A stretch of 64,000 nucleotides of DNA from contig RHPI01003330.1 of the NCBI GenBank assembly GCA_009103225.1, forward strand, positions 586,730 through 650,729. The letters run 5' to 3'. Every line of letters starts with the position of its first letter. Position 1 is the stretch's first letter. Below, in pieces: positions 36,658-48,023 of the stretch. Source of the stretch: Chlorokybus atmophyticus (lineage: Eukaryota > Plantae > Mesostigma and Chlorokybus algae). The position numbers and the translations under genes are program-made. Under the pieces are notes generated by a model. It had not been told where the DNA came from. It made no database searches and was given only the letters and a program-made list of their open reading frames with translations.

Positions 36658-37839
36658 GAGGAAACCCAGATTGCCTGAGCCCCGTGCCAGTTCGCCTGGC
36701 CGTACAGCATCGTATCGGTTCCGCGCCCGCCGTACTGAGGTTTGCGACAACTCGCTGGGCGGCATTGACACGTTGATTGCGCCGCGCCATCGCCAACCGC
36801 CGCTCAGCGCGTCGCAATGATCGATGATCCCCGCGGGTTTCGCCAATCTGCACCAGGGGAGCAGCACCGGGTGCTCAGCACCCAGCACCCAGTTCTGGTG
36901 CTTGGCGAAATCAGGCAATTCCCGCCATAATTTCTAATGTGTGCACGATGCCATAATCATGAGGCGCGATGGTGTTCGTCATGACCTATCAACTGACATG
37001 AATGTATTGCTGTGGAAGGAGGATGAGGACTCCTTTGACTCATTGAGGAGTGGTAAGAAGGGATTAAGCAAACATGATGGTGGAAATAATAAACAAATGG
37101 CACGAGGCGTACATGTTAAAATGGGGTTCTCGTGTTGAGGGTTACATTGCATGTCAACATCTGCATGATCGTTCAATGTTTTGCATGTACAATGCTACAT
37201 TGTGACATGTAAGTTGCCGCATGAAGTTGATGCCATCAATTGTTGCACTTCACTTCTTATTAAAAAAAAGTTATATGCCATTCTGCTCAGAAATGCATGT
37301 ACAGTGTGTTGCGCCAATATTGTTAGATAGCCATGTGTATAGTTGCGTATGTAAGCTATGCATGTACACATAATTTGCCTCATGAAACTTAGCTTGCATA
37401 AACACCATATTAAGTCTTTGAAGTAGATCAACAAGTTGTATTGTAGCATTGCTTATCACTAAGCGCACTATATGACAGCCACTCATACTCAACACATATG
37501 GTGTGTAAAATTGCTTTTATAGTCTCGCATGTGTGACATAATTATGAACGTTATACAGATTACAAACTCCTTGTTCCATACCAATCATGCATATCCGCAT
37601 GGCCTTCAACCCATCTTTCTGTAGTGTTCACACGTAAAACTGCACAATTGTATACTATTGAATTGTTTACCATGTCCTGCTGGCCTGCCAGTTACCTACA
37701 AACTATACAACGTATTGAACACGTAACTGCACCACCGCATGACACACACCAGCCGCTAAACAACACTCAATGTTCATGTCCCTCAAGAGGGAGCAACTAT
37801 CTGTATTTATTCAAGTCATCTCCATTTATTGATATGGTG

Positions 37840-40800
37840 CTAACCTAGGGATGGCAGTACATGCGCGCGCCATCTCCTGCGCAGCAGCTTCATCAAAGTC
37901 TCAAAAGCCAGTCCAGGAGGCTGCCAAAAAAAGTTGCGCCAGACGCGCGACATGGTGAACTGCATGCGCTCAATCCTCTCTTGCGGAATCGCTTGAAGTA
38001 TATCAGGCAGCCTATATAGCTCTGCCTTGGGCACACGCACGGTGAAATCCTCATATGGCAAATAGTCCTCAAAGGGCTGCGTCACGTTGTCTTGGATAAT
38101 GACAGGGATACAACCATTCAACACAGCCACTCCAGTCCTCACACCCCACCCAAAACCTGCCGGACAAAAGCAAAACACCGCCTCCTTGAACTTTTGCTCA
38201 TAGTGTTCAACACGTCGCTTTATCAACCAGCCCGTGTAGTTGCTGAAACGAGCAATAAGTTCCTGTGGCCAAGAACAGCCAAAAACACGGTCAACAGCAC
38301 AGCTGCGCAAGCATGTCAAAGAGGTCCTTGCCACGCAAGCTGCAGTACTCGTCACAATGCATGTAATCATGGTAATGCAGGCATTGATCTGCACAGCACA
38401 CACCTGTCGTACACCATCGCTGTACAGGATATCAGGATATGTCATGCCATTCGACTGCAGCTTCCGTTTCTTCTCGGGGTGGATGTTGCCAGCAAAGAAG
38501 AGCTGCCACTGCCTGTGCTCCTGGCTCCCTTGTCTGTTGCGGCGCGTGAAAACAGACCGCCTAACGGTGTCCTCGTCAAGCGCAGCAGGAATGATGATGT
38601 CCTTTGCAGGGTCTATGCAGGGCAGATTCGCAAACTTTTCTCTTGTAGCGTTAGCGCACGCAGAGTTCTGCCGGCGGCAACCTGTCCAGGCTTGCAGTCT
38701 TGGCTCAGGGGAGTGCCTGAAAGCGCATGCAGAACTACGCTAAGGTGGGGCTGAGACACTCACAAACTTCCAAAGACAATGGTTGCACAGCATGTGATGG
38801 GAAAAGCACATTGCAAATTGCACTGTATGAGTGTACTACATTACGAGCGTCAGCTCACCTGCCCCAATGCGCAAGCACCATGGGACCTCGCAGGTCCTTT
38901 GGCACCAGGCAATTGCCTATATCCTGCTCATGCATCCAGAAGTGGTCCACGCCATTTGTGCGGTTCCAATAAGGATACTGCCAGTAACAAGGCCAAGATC
39001 AACTGCTGTAACGGCAATATTCAGGGACAAGATAAGCATGCACTTCTCAGGTAGAGCAGGCTGCAGAAAGAGGATCAATGACTAAAGGCAGGGACATACA
39101 TGAAAGATGTCCCACCCACCCGCCGACCCACACCACCACCACCCCACCACGCGCATGTGTACAGAGAACTCCCCNNNNNNNNNNNNNNNNNNNNNNNNNN
39201 NNNNNNNNNNNNNNNNNNNNNNNNNNNNNNNNNNNNNNNNNNNNNNNNNNNNNNNNNNNNNNNNNNNNNNNNNNNNNNNNNNNNNNNNNNNNNNNNNNNN
39301 NNNNNNNNNNNNNNNNNNNNNNNNNNNNNNNNNNNNNNNNNNNNNNNNNNGTTGTTCTAGTGCGCGGGCACCCCCCCCTCCCCCGCGCCGCGGCGCTCTC
39401 GCGCGCACGCAGACGCACACGCAGACTGACATGCACATGCACACGCGCACAATAAAAGTCTGGGCCCCGCACTGCAGGTCCCTTGCCTCTGCGGATATGT
39501 GCTGCACGACTGTCCGTAGGCGATGTTCGGAAAGACCCAGATTGCCAGCAACAACATATACCAATGCAGGAATGAAAAACAGATCTGCTTCATTGGGGTC
39601 CGACGTACGAGCCGAGTGGCGAAGGAGGCCCTCGTAGACATACCTCCATGCGCTGCATATACGCAAACTGCCATCAGCTGGTGCACGACGACAACCACAC
39701 GCCGACGTCAATATGTGGCAACACATACTGTTCTCCATACCATTGACTGACAGCTTCGAAGATTGTGCTTGACCAGGCATTGACTTTCAGGACATCACAT
39801 CACTATATAGGCATTGCAAAGCCAGCATACTACACCTGTAAATCTTGCCGCTTGCCTCCCATAGAGTGGGCCCATTCCTATCTGTCTCTGCAAAATGCCA
39901 TGCCAGCAGTGGTGCTGGCAGCTCGTAGATGTAGATGAGTGGGCGTTTTCGGGACAGTGCGGGGGCAGGCAATGGGAGCGAGCAGTCAACCCCATATCGG
40001 CCGTCACGGCAGGAGCAAAATCCGCGCGAACATTTACCTGCTTTGGAACACCTGTCCACATGCCAGCAACCTTGAGCATGTGACAAACATTCACACCGCG
40101 CCGTAGCATTGCCAACAGCTTTAGCGTGTACTTGTTCAAGCAGTAGTCAACTTTTCGGTTGCAACCTGGCCCCCAAAACCCGGCAAAGCATGAGCAAGTG
40201 CCATTCTGCACAGTGAAAGTGCACGTCATCAGTGGCATGACACCCAGGCTTGTACTAACAACCATGCCCAACATGCTGGAACAGTAATAAGCATACCTTT
40301 CCGCAAACGCCTCTGCCCATACAACTGTTAGGGCACTGATCGGCATTTGCAAGCATCTCACTGACAAGTAACTCAACACTCATGTTGTTATGTATAGGCC
40401 GCCTGCGCAACTGGAACGTCAACTCCTGCAGGTTGGCGGGTGGGAAGGGCAGCGTGCTTGCTGTATTGGAGACTAGCGAAGCACTGTCCTGGCTTCTCTC
40501 ATGATTCGTGTAACAGAAGGACGCGGGCGTGTCTGACTTCCTGTCCACTGGTCTTCCAGCGGCCACGCACTGGGCATGGCACTCGCATGGCATGAGCATC
40601 ACCCCAGGGCTGCACGGGATGCTCGTGAGAACTCGCGGTGGTTGGCTGGTGTCGTTGATTGCACATGCCGGCATGAGCAGAGTCTCACATAGACTGCCGA
40701 CCCAGTTATACGGACAATCGCACCGGCCTTCTGCCAAGTTACAGACACCTTGTCCACAACCACCTGAACAACCATCACTGGTCCGACAACAACAGAAGGT

Positions 40801-41176
40801 GAGTGCATGCTGCAGTACAATTGTTACTGGTTGAAATCCTCAGGCATGTAACATTGCATCTGTGCTTGAAGGGTTTAGAGATGGCAGCAGAGCATGCAGT
40901 TGTTGGTGGCTGATATTTGACGACTTCAATGAGAGCACTGGTTGTTGCAAGCGTCACATGCAAGGCACAATAAGGCGCTTACTTGAGCAGGCGTAGTCGC
41001 GCTGTAGTTGAATCAAAGGCAAAGTTGCCATGCGGACGCTGCATTACCACAGCAGGAGGGTTGGACGGCTTGCCAATAGCTTGGCTGGCCACAGCCAGTG
41101 CATGGACCTTCAAGGCGGCCAACAGGAGCCATGGTAGCAACAGCAGGAGTAAAGACATCCATGTTCGGGGCTTCAT
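37840..41176 (-). CDS. Exostosin-family glycosyltransferase (GT47) with signal peptide and EGF-like repeats; spans the N gap
   Basis: Signal peptide MKPRTWMSLLLLLLPWLLLAALKVHA. EGF-like segments CNLAEGRCDCPYNWVGSLCE, CSCFAGFWGPGC and CSCRDGRYGVDCS. GT47 motifs RPLIYIYEL, RTSDPNEADLFFIP and FCFCPAGFGWGVRTGVAVLNGCIPVIIQDNVTQPFEDYLPYEDF. Confidence 0.92.
39175..39350. other. Assembly gap (176 N)
   Basis: Run of N flanked by C-rich tracts. The 21 bp right after it (39351-39371) duplicate 45303-45323. Confidence 1.
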
Positions 41177-42411
41177 CCGTCACATTGTCTCTACAAACCC
41201 TCCCGTCACAACCAGCACGCTCGATGTATGTTGGGCTTGTCTGCGTTGCCAATCTGATAGACTGCAACGCGACGCCGGCAAGCTTTCAGCCAGCTACACT
41301 ACTAGACAATCACGCCGCACTAGACAAAAGCAAGGGTACATCTGCCACCGGCAGCCAGCTGGAAGCAACGGCTCTAGCCAAGCAGCTGAACGTCCCATCA
41401 GACTTGGCGATGTGACGCATTCCGCATGCTGATGTGACTACTGTAGCATGCAATCAAGCGAGTGAATGACCGATTTACTGTATACTACTGAATGGAGCGG
41501 CATTGCAAGCTGTTCATTGCAACCATATAGCCATCCTTACGTTGCCGCCATGCTCACCGCCGCTGCAGCATGCTTGCGAAACTGTACAACACTGCCACAC
41601 TGCGACAGCACACTTATGACCGAGCACGCCAGTACAGTGCATGCAGACACGCCAGTAGCTCATGCAAGTGTTGCCAGTAGCGTCTATTGGTACAAAGCAT
41701 GGCAAGTGCATCGTATCTGGATTACGGCAAGCCCGTGGCGTTTTCCACGCGAGGTTGTTGATGCTTGCGGCGATTCCGCCACGTGCTGGTGTACGGACAT
41801 GCTGCGTATCATCCTGGGTGAGTAAGCCTCACACAACCCTACAAGTCGCAAGTACACAGCTGCCAATCATAGTCATTGTGTCTAGCCAACATGCTTACAG
41901 CCAAGGTGAGCCTAGCAACCAACTCTTCAGGAGTTTAGAGCTCGCAGTGAGCCTTGCGTAGTACCGCTGTGCGGGCTTCAGCAGAGTCGGCAAGGGGTTT
42001 TGTTGAGGGCCTTGTCTGTGTGCTCAAAGCATCCACGATTGTGCAATGCTATCAGCAGTGGCAGCTTTCACCTGCTTTGGGCCACTACCGCTGAATTTAG
42101 ACGGACCAACTTGAACTGAGAACCAATTCAGCTTAGTTGGTGAGTGGCTTGCTTGCTTGTGGACAAGCAAAATAGTCGTCGGGCTGCGCAGTGTCTGTTG
42201 CGTGATAGTCGCGGAAAACTGCACGCCATGCTTGCTTTCTGTTACCATTCAGCTCAGCCCAAGCATTACAGATCGGGGCACGACGTTGGCTTGCGCAGTG
42301 CAATGAAATGTGCAGAAGGGCACAACGTGTGTAATACTGATGTCCAGTTTGCTTGACGAGCAGCAAGCATCTGGCTGGCATGCCCTCTAAGGGCGACATT
42401 GGGCGTTCAGC

Positions 42412-44583
42412 ATGCGGGATGGCAATGACGGCTCCAATGCAGTCTGGCAGGACAGGGAGATAAGGCAAGCATTGGTTGGGTTTCATCCTTTTCACATGCA
42501 ATCTAATGCCACAAGTCAATGACGACGAGTCGTGACCGTCGCTTCGTTTAGAACTGGATGTCAGTTGCTGACAAGCATACACGAGATTTGTCGCACCTGC
42601 TCGCATCAACAAGACGATTTCATGGTGTTTGCTTCTCTGTCGGGCATGATACTGATGGCTGTGTATATGTTGATGTTGGTGATGGTGGCAGGTTTGACGT
42701 GCCAGCGAAGGAGTTGGAGTTGAGGAGAGGAGAGGTTCTCATTGACAGGTGAGCCCAAAAAGCCACAACAGTCGTGCAGTCCCTTCGCAACCTTCATGCT
42801 TTGACTAAGGAAATGTGGCATGACGCAGCATAGATGGGATTGAGGATACTAAAGGCAACAATGGGGACAAAGGAGACTTCTTGATCAGCAACTTGAGGCT
42901 GGTACTTGTGGTTTCCTGTGCGCCTGCTAGTGTAGACCTAGGCGCTTTGTCCCTTACTCTTCATTGTTCCAACATGACCTGATAGATATGGATCAGCCAG
43001 CGCAACCGCAAAACGAACCTCAGCATCGGGTACAACCCAGTGCTGTCCATCAATGTGCGCACGGCCACCTCTCGATTGCGAGGCTCAACACAGGTACCAT
43101 GCCCCAGTGCAAGCCTTTTTGCTGCTGCCCCTGATGCGATACACATGTGCAGCTGTATCGGATGTTGTGTCAGGATGACACTGTCATAGCTGAACATTGT
43201 GTTGAGTAGCAGCATTGCACGTTGGAAAGTGCATTCTTTTCCAACAAGGCGCCACTTGGCAGGCTTTGTATGTACTTACAAAGTTCAACGGGAGCCGCTT
43301 CGAGTTCATATTCACCAACATGACCAAAAACAATCCCCGCATGTTCTCAACAATCCAGGTGCGCAGAGTTGTCCTTCATTCCTCAATGTTTAAACAAGCC
43401 TGTACTAGAAGCAGGCTGACAGCCCCAGTTGCAATATTCACTCTTAAGCAGGCTGTCTTCAGGGCGTATGACACATCACGATTATACCGAGACCTGAAGT
43501 TGAGGGGTTCCATCATACAAGATAAAGAGCTGCGCCTGTTGCCAAAAGAGCAGACCATCAACAAGGTGACTAGCAGCTTTGTTGTTGGGTCATCATCATG
43601 GGTCATGTCGTACTAAGATACATGTGCACGCAACAGAATGTAGCCCCGCGTACATTCCAACTGTATCCGCAAAGCCACATGTGATATGTGTGTCACTGTC
43701 ACTTGCTGTCTTCCCTATGTTGTGTGAGTGCTTCATATGACCTCTCTATAAATTTGTGGTAACAGGTGCTAGGCGTGTGGAATTTGTCCAGTGATCAAGG
43801 CAACCTGGGCACGTTTGTAGCAACCAATGTGCGGCTAGTGTGGTTTGCAAACCTGGCTGAGAACTTCAACGTGTCCATACCATACTTGCAGGTGGGCATG
43901 CAACACGGCAAGCACATGCTGGTAAAGTGTACCGCAGTACACAAAAGTCAGGTTACTGATGAAGCTTTGACACATGCCAGATGAAAAGCATTCGCATACG
44001 AGACTCTAAATTTGGACCTGCACTTGTCATTGAAACCACAGCACGCAGTGGCGGCTACATCTTGGGTTTCCGCGTGGACCCCCAGGTAAAGAGCACTTTG
44101 TGACTGCAAAGGCAAAAGCATGAGCTTGTTTACTAATCCTAGTGCAAACAGGAGCGAATGCATGAGGTGTTTCAGGAGGTTCAGTCGCTGTTCCAGGTGC
44201 GCATACACGAATGAACACGCACTCGTTGCAACAGGCATTACCATATTGCGGCGTGTTTAGACTGTTATGCACCAATACTTGTCAAACCCAAGTCAAAGCA
44301 AAACCTACACAAACATTGCCAACAGGTGTACTCGGTCAACCCCACTTTTGGTGTTGAGTATGCAGTGGAGGATCGCTCAGCCTCGCTGGACAAGGTGACT
44401 GTCCCGCGCCAGATGGACGATGTGGAGATTATTGATGACAGAGAGCGCGATGCGGTCATGGCCTATTATGCGGACGGTGTCAAGAACATCGACAGAGAGC
44501 CAGTCTACTGCCCTGAACTAGGATTGGCTATCGAAAGCCTTCCAGAGGACATGACGCTAGAACAGCTGTGGAATGTGCTGTAA
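42412..44583 (+). CDS. BBS5: Bardet-Biedl syndrome 5 protein (BBSome subunit)
   Basis: [18 protein letters not shown]|[65 protein letters not shown] and [24 protein letters not shown]...LEQLWNVL*. Colinear with BBS5. Confidence 0.97.
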
Positions 44584-45288
44584 GAAGGCGGTAAAAGTTC
44601 TGTTCGCGCGATTGGTCACAGCATAACATACACGTCTGCACTATGAATGGCCTGTGATTGTCCTAGCCAAATACACATTCTTAGCAACAGCTGATATCCG
44701 TGACAGGGGACAGTGCATTCTAGGAGCTTTGCTGCAAATACGCGAGCAACTGCATGCTGAGACCCCTTTCTTATGAGGAATACAGCACTGTGTACATCAA
44801 ATGCAGGACATGCATGTGTACCACCCCGTTGGCCGAGTTAGTTGGACAGCAGGTGACACTGTTGTATATAAGGGGTATGGTACGGTGGCAGCATGCATGG
44901 TGTGGACAATGCGAATGGCATGTATCAACACAAGCATACACACGTGTGTAATCAAGTCCTTTGTTGCCACATTGGATTCTGTGCGAGTTGCATAGCCTGC
45001 ACGCACAGTTGTTTGCTTAATTCCGGGCCCCTCTATTTTCTACGCAGCCGTTTTCCAGTGCACTGAGAGGTACTACGCTTGCTTTTGGTGAATCTAACCC
45101 CTTCGTTTATAACAAGTGCATGACCACCTGGACTCAGTGACATGCAGTAGCTGCTAGAAGTTAACCCACCGGCAAAACATGCTGCCATGTCCACCACATG
45201 CAAATGCCCAACTCCCAGTGTCGGTGACAGTGTTGCATATCTAACATGGCAACCCAATGGGTCCCCGCAAGTCCAATAATGTGCCAAG

Positions 45289-47253
45289 CTACCCTACCAG
45301 CTGTTGTTCTAGTGCGCGGGCACGCCGCAGCGCAGCCTTAGCCTCTACCAGATTTCCAGCCTTCTTGAACTGCAACGCCTGCAGTTTTGCCGCTTTGATC
45401 GCAGCTTGCAGCTTTGCAGGGTTGAGTGCTGGGGCAACCGGTTGCCTGTCGGGTACCTCCTGTTTATTTGCAACAGATGTTTGCACGTGAGGTTTTCGTG
45501 CAGCATTTGCGAGTGGTTCCAACCCAGTGTGAATGGCATCTGGGCTGACACCAAGCAATGCAGCATCTGCGGCAACTGCAGTAAAGGCTGCAGCAGCTGG
45601 GGTGTTGAGAATTTCAGCATGTGGTGGTCTGGCGGGAGGTTGTATTTGCTGCTGTTGCTGTTGTTCTGCAGAGACCGAATCCAACCCGCTGTGAATGGCA
45701 TCCGGGCTGACGCCCAACAATGCAGCATCCGTCTCAACAGCTGTTTGGGCAGGTATGCCCACCGCTTCACTGTGTGAAGCTTCACTTGGAGATGGGATTG
45801 GAACCTTGATTGAGGCTTGCATGTCTTCTTCAACTTCATCAGTCAAGCCGCTGTGCAGTGCATCTGGGCTGAGGCCAAGTAGCGCAGCGTCCGTGGCGAC
45901 AGCTGGCCCTGGCGCTTGCACTCTAGGCAGTGGGAACGATGACGTTCCAATCCCATCAAACCCAATGTCATCAACATCATCCTCATCTTCACCATTGCTT
46001 TCATCATATAGCTCTCCCTCGCTCGTGCGTCCCAACACAACACCCTCCTCGTCATCTTCATCAACCCAACCCAACTCGCGCAGCTCAGCAAGTGCTTCCG
46101 GATCATCCAAATCTTCCTCGGTGAGGTCAAACGGACCTGCAATATCCATGCCTGATGAGCGGGCCTTCAAAACAGAAGACTGCTTCTTCTTCGCTGCTGC
46201 CTCCACAGCAGCCTCAGCAGCAAGAACCTGCAGACAAGGGAAGAGCAACACGCTTTGAGTTGTGCGCACGCTGTGCATAATGCACTCCAGTACACACCTG
46301 TTCTTGCAACTGCTTTGCAGCCCTCAAAGCATCGCGCGCTTCGGTCGTCTTGCCTGCACGACTGAGTGACACAGCACGTAGCCTTTCTGTCTGGGCTTTC
46401 TTGCGCAACTTTTCCAATATTTCTGGTGTCATGCGCGCCTGCTTGCTTGACACTGCGGCATCTTCATCATCTTGCCAACCGATGCCCTGCACCCACGACA
46501 TGTTACGCACATGTACGCCAACAACAAGAGATGAAGTACTAAATGTACCTGCAGCTCGGCAAGCAGTTCAGGGTCGTCTTCATCCACATCAGTGTCGTCA
46601 TCCTCAGCACCGTTGTTCGTATCGATATTACCATCAATCGCGACATCATCACCGGCGTCCTCGTCATCGTGGACGCTGTCTGCACGTTTGGCACTCAGCA
46701 AGCAAAACAGGACATGCGATAAGGGAGCAAACAATACAATAGCCAACCATCTTGTCTCACCATCCAAGCCAAGGCCTGCAAGGTCCAATCCAGCTAAGCC
46801 AGCACTACCCGTATCAATTGCAAAGCACTCATCACACACCCGCTGAGGCCGATCACCAAGACCCATGAACTGGAGCGGCTTCTCTTTGGACGTGCATCGA
46901 CTGCAGAAGAGATCTCCGCACTGCCTGCAGTGATGCTGACAGAGAAGCAATGCATCATCAGCGCAGGGTGACAGCAGATGGCAAAACTAGTTGGTCCTTG
47001 GGAGGTAAGCAAATGACGCTGCATGCAGCTTCACATAGTGCAGTTCATGCTTGAGATGAGAGGCAAGCCCCTCCAAGCATGCACATGTGGCTTGTTGGCA
47101 TTTAAATGCTCATACCCGCCGCACGAGGAGGCCAAACTTCACACCACACGCGGTGCACTCGTTGCTGCTGACATCCGCCACCCAATGCCCTTTAACCTCG
47201 CTGTTGTTGCTGCTGGCGCTGCTGGCACTGCCAGTTCGCCGTGAGGACTTCAT
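45289..47253 (-). CDS. FYVE-domain protein with DM14-like helical repeats (plant FYVE4-like)
   Basis: FYVE signature WVAD...CTACGVKFGLLVRR|HHCRQCGDLFC...RVCDEC. Two DM14-like units, KAQTERLRAVSLSRAGKTTEARDALRAAKQLQ and AIKAAKLQALQFKKAGNLVEAKAALRRARALEQQ. Acidic DDPELLAEL motifs. Confidence 0.85.
45521..45894 (-). repeat. Three coding repeats with exact 162-nt (54-aa) period
   Basis: Core DAALLG(L/V)SPDA(L/I)H(S/T)GL, with equivalent nucleotides at 45521, 45683 and 45845. Confidence 0.9.
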
Positions 47254-47828
47254 ATCATATACAAACTTGCAAGCACGACTTGTACTAATCCATGGTTAGT
47301 GTCACGGGAGCAGGGCTGGCTGGTCCTGCGCACAGTAAGTCGTGTCAGCTGTGAAACACTGCGTGTACATCCAATTGGCGTTCTCTTTGCATGCTAACAT
47401 TATAGTACAGCAAGCATGATGGGATAGAGCTTGCTCAGATATAGCTTGGTAACACTATCAAGTTGAAATTTGCATGCAACGCATAAAGAAGCTGACCAAT
47501 ACGTTGACGGCGGCGTGCAAGACGACGGAGGCACCTGGGCAGCAGCAGTGCGAGGTACGAGGCAGCCCCCCGGCAACCATCAACACGCCATGAGAAGTTT
47601 ACAACCACCCTCGTGTGTTCGGCGACGATGTCACCGACACCACCACCACCACCGCCGCCGCCGCCGCCCAGCTGCACGCAACGCCTCCGTTGACATAAGC
47701 AGACGTAAGATTCTCACGTGCGCAAATCCGGCGTTAGCTTACGCATAGGCATTGGCATCTTGACGTAAGTTATGTTTATGGCACACAACGCTAGCAAACG
47801 TGCCAGTAGTAGGCTGGCCACCAGGCCA

Positions 47829-47864
47829 GACTAGACCAGGCTAGGGTTCTGGCCTGGTCTAGTC
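47829..47864. repeat. Perfect 13-bp inverted repeat in the FYVE/MYB divergent intergenic region
   Basis: GACTAGACCAGGC, a 10-nt loop, then GCCTGGTCTAGTC, within a CCAGG/CTAG-rich tract at about 47815-47915. Confidence 0.85.
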
Positions 47865-48023
47865 CGGTCCGTCTAGGCGGGCCTGGTGTTACCGGCCTAG
47901 TGGGGCGGCCTGGTAGCTGGAATGGTACGCTCAACGGCAATTAGTGGGTTGCCTGTTGTCGCTTTGCCTGTGTGCGTCTTGCCGTGAAGTCTTGTGCATG
48001 TGTGTGGCGTCGTCGTGAGCAGC

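Noticed and set aside
42133-42612. 159-aa minus-strand ORF
   Set aside because: It is antisense to BBS5 exon 1 and its intron, has no recognisable motif and has no ATG at the track start.
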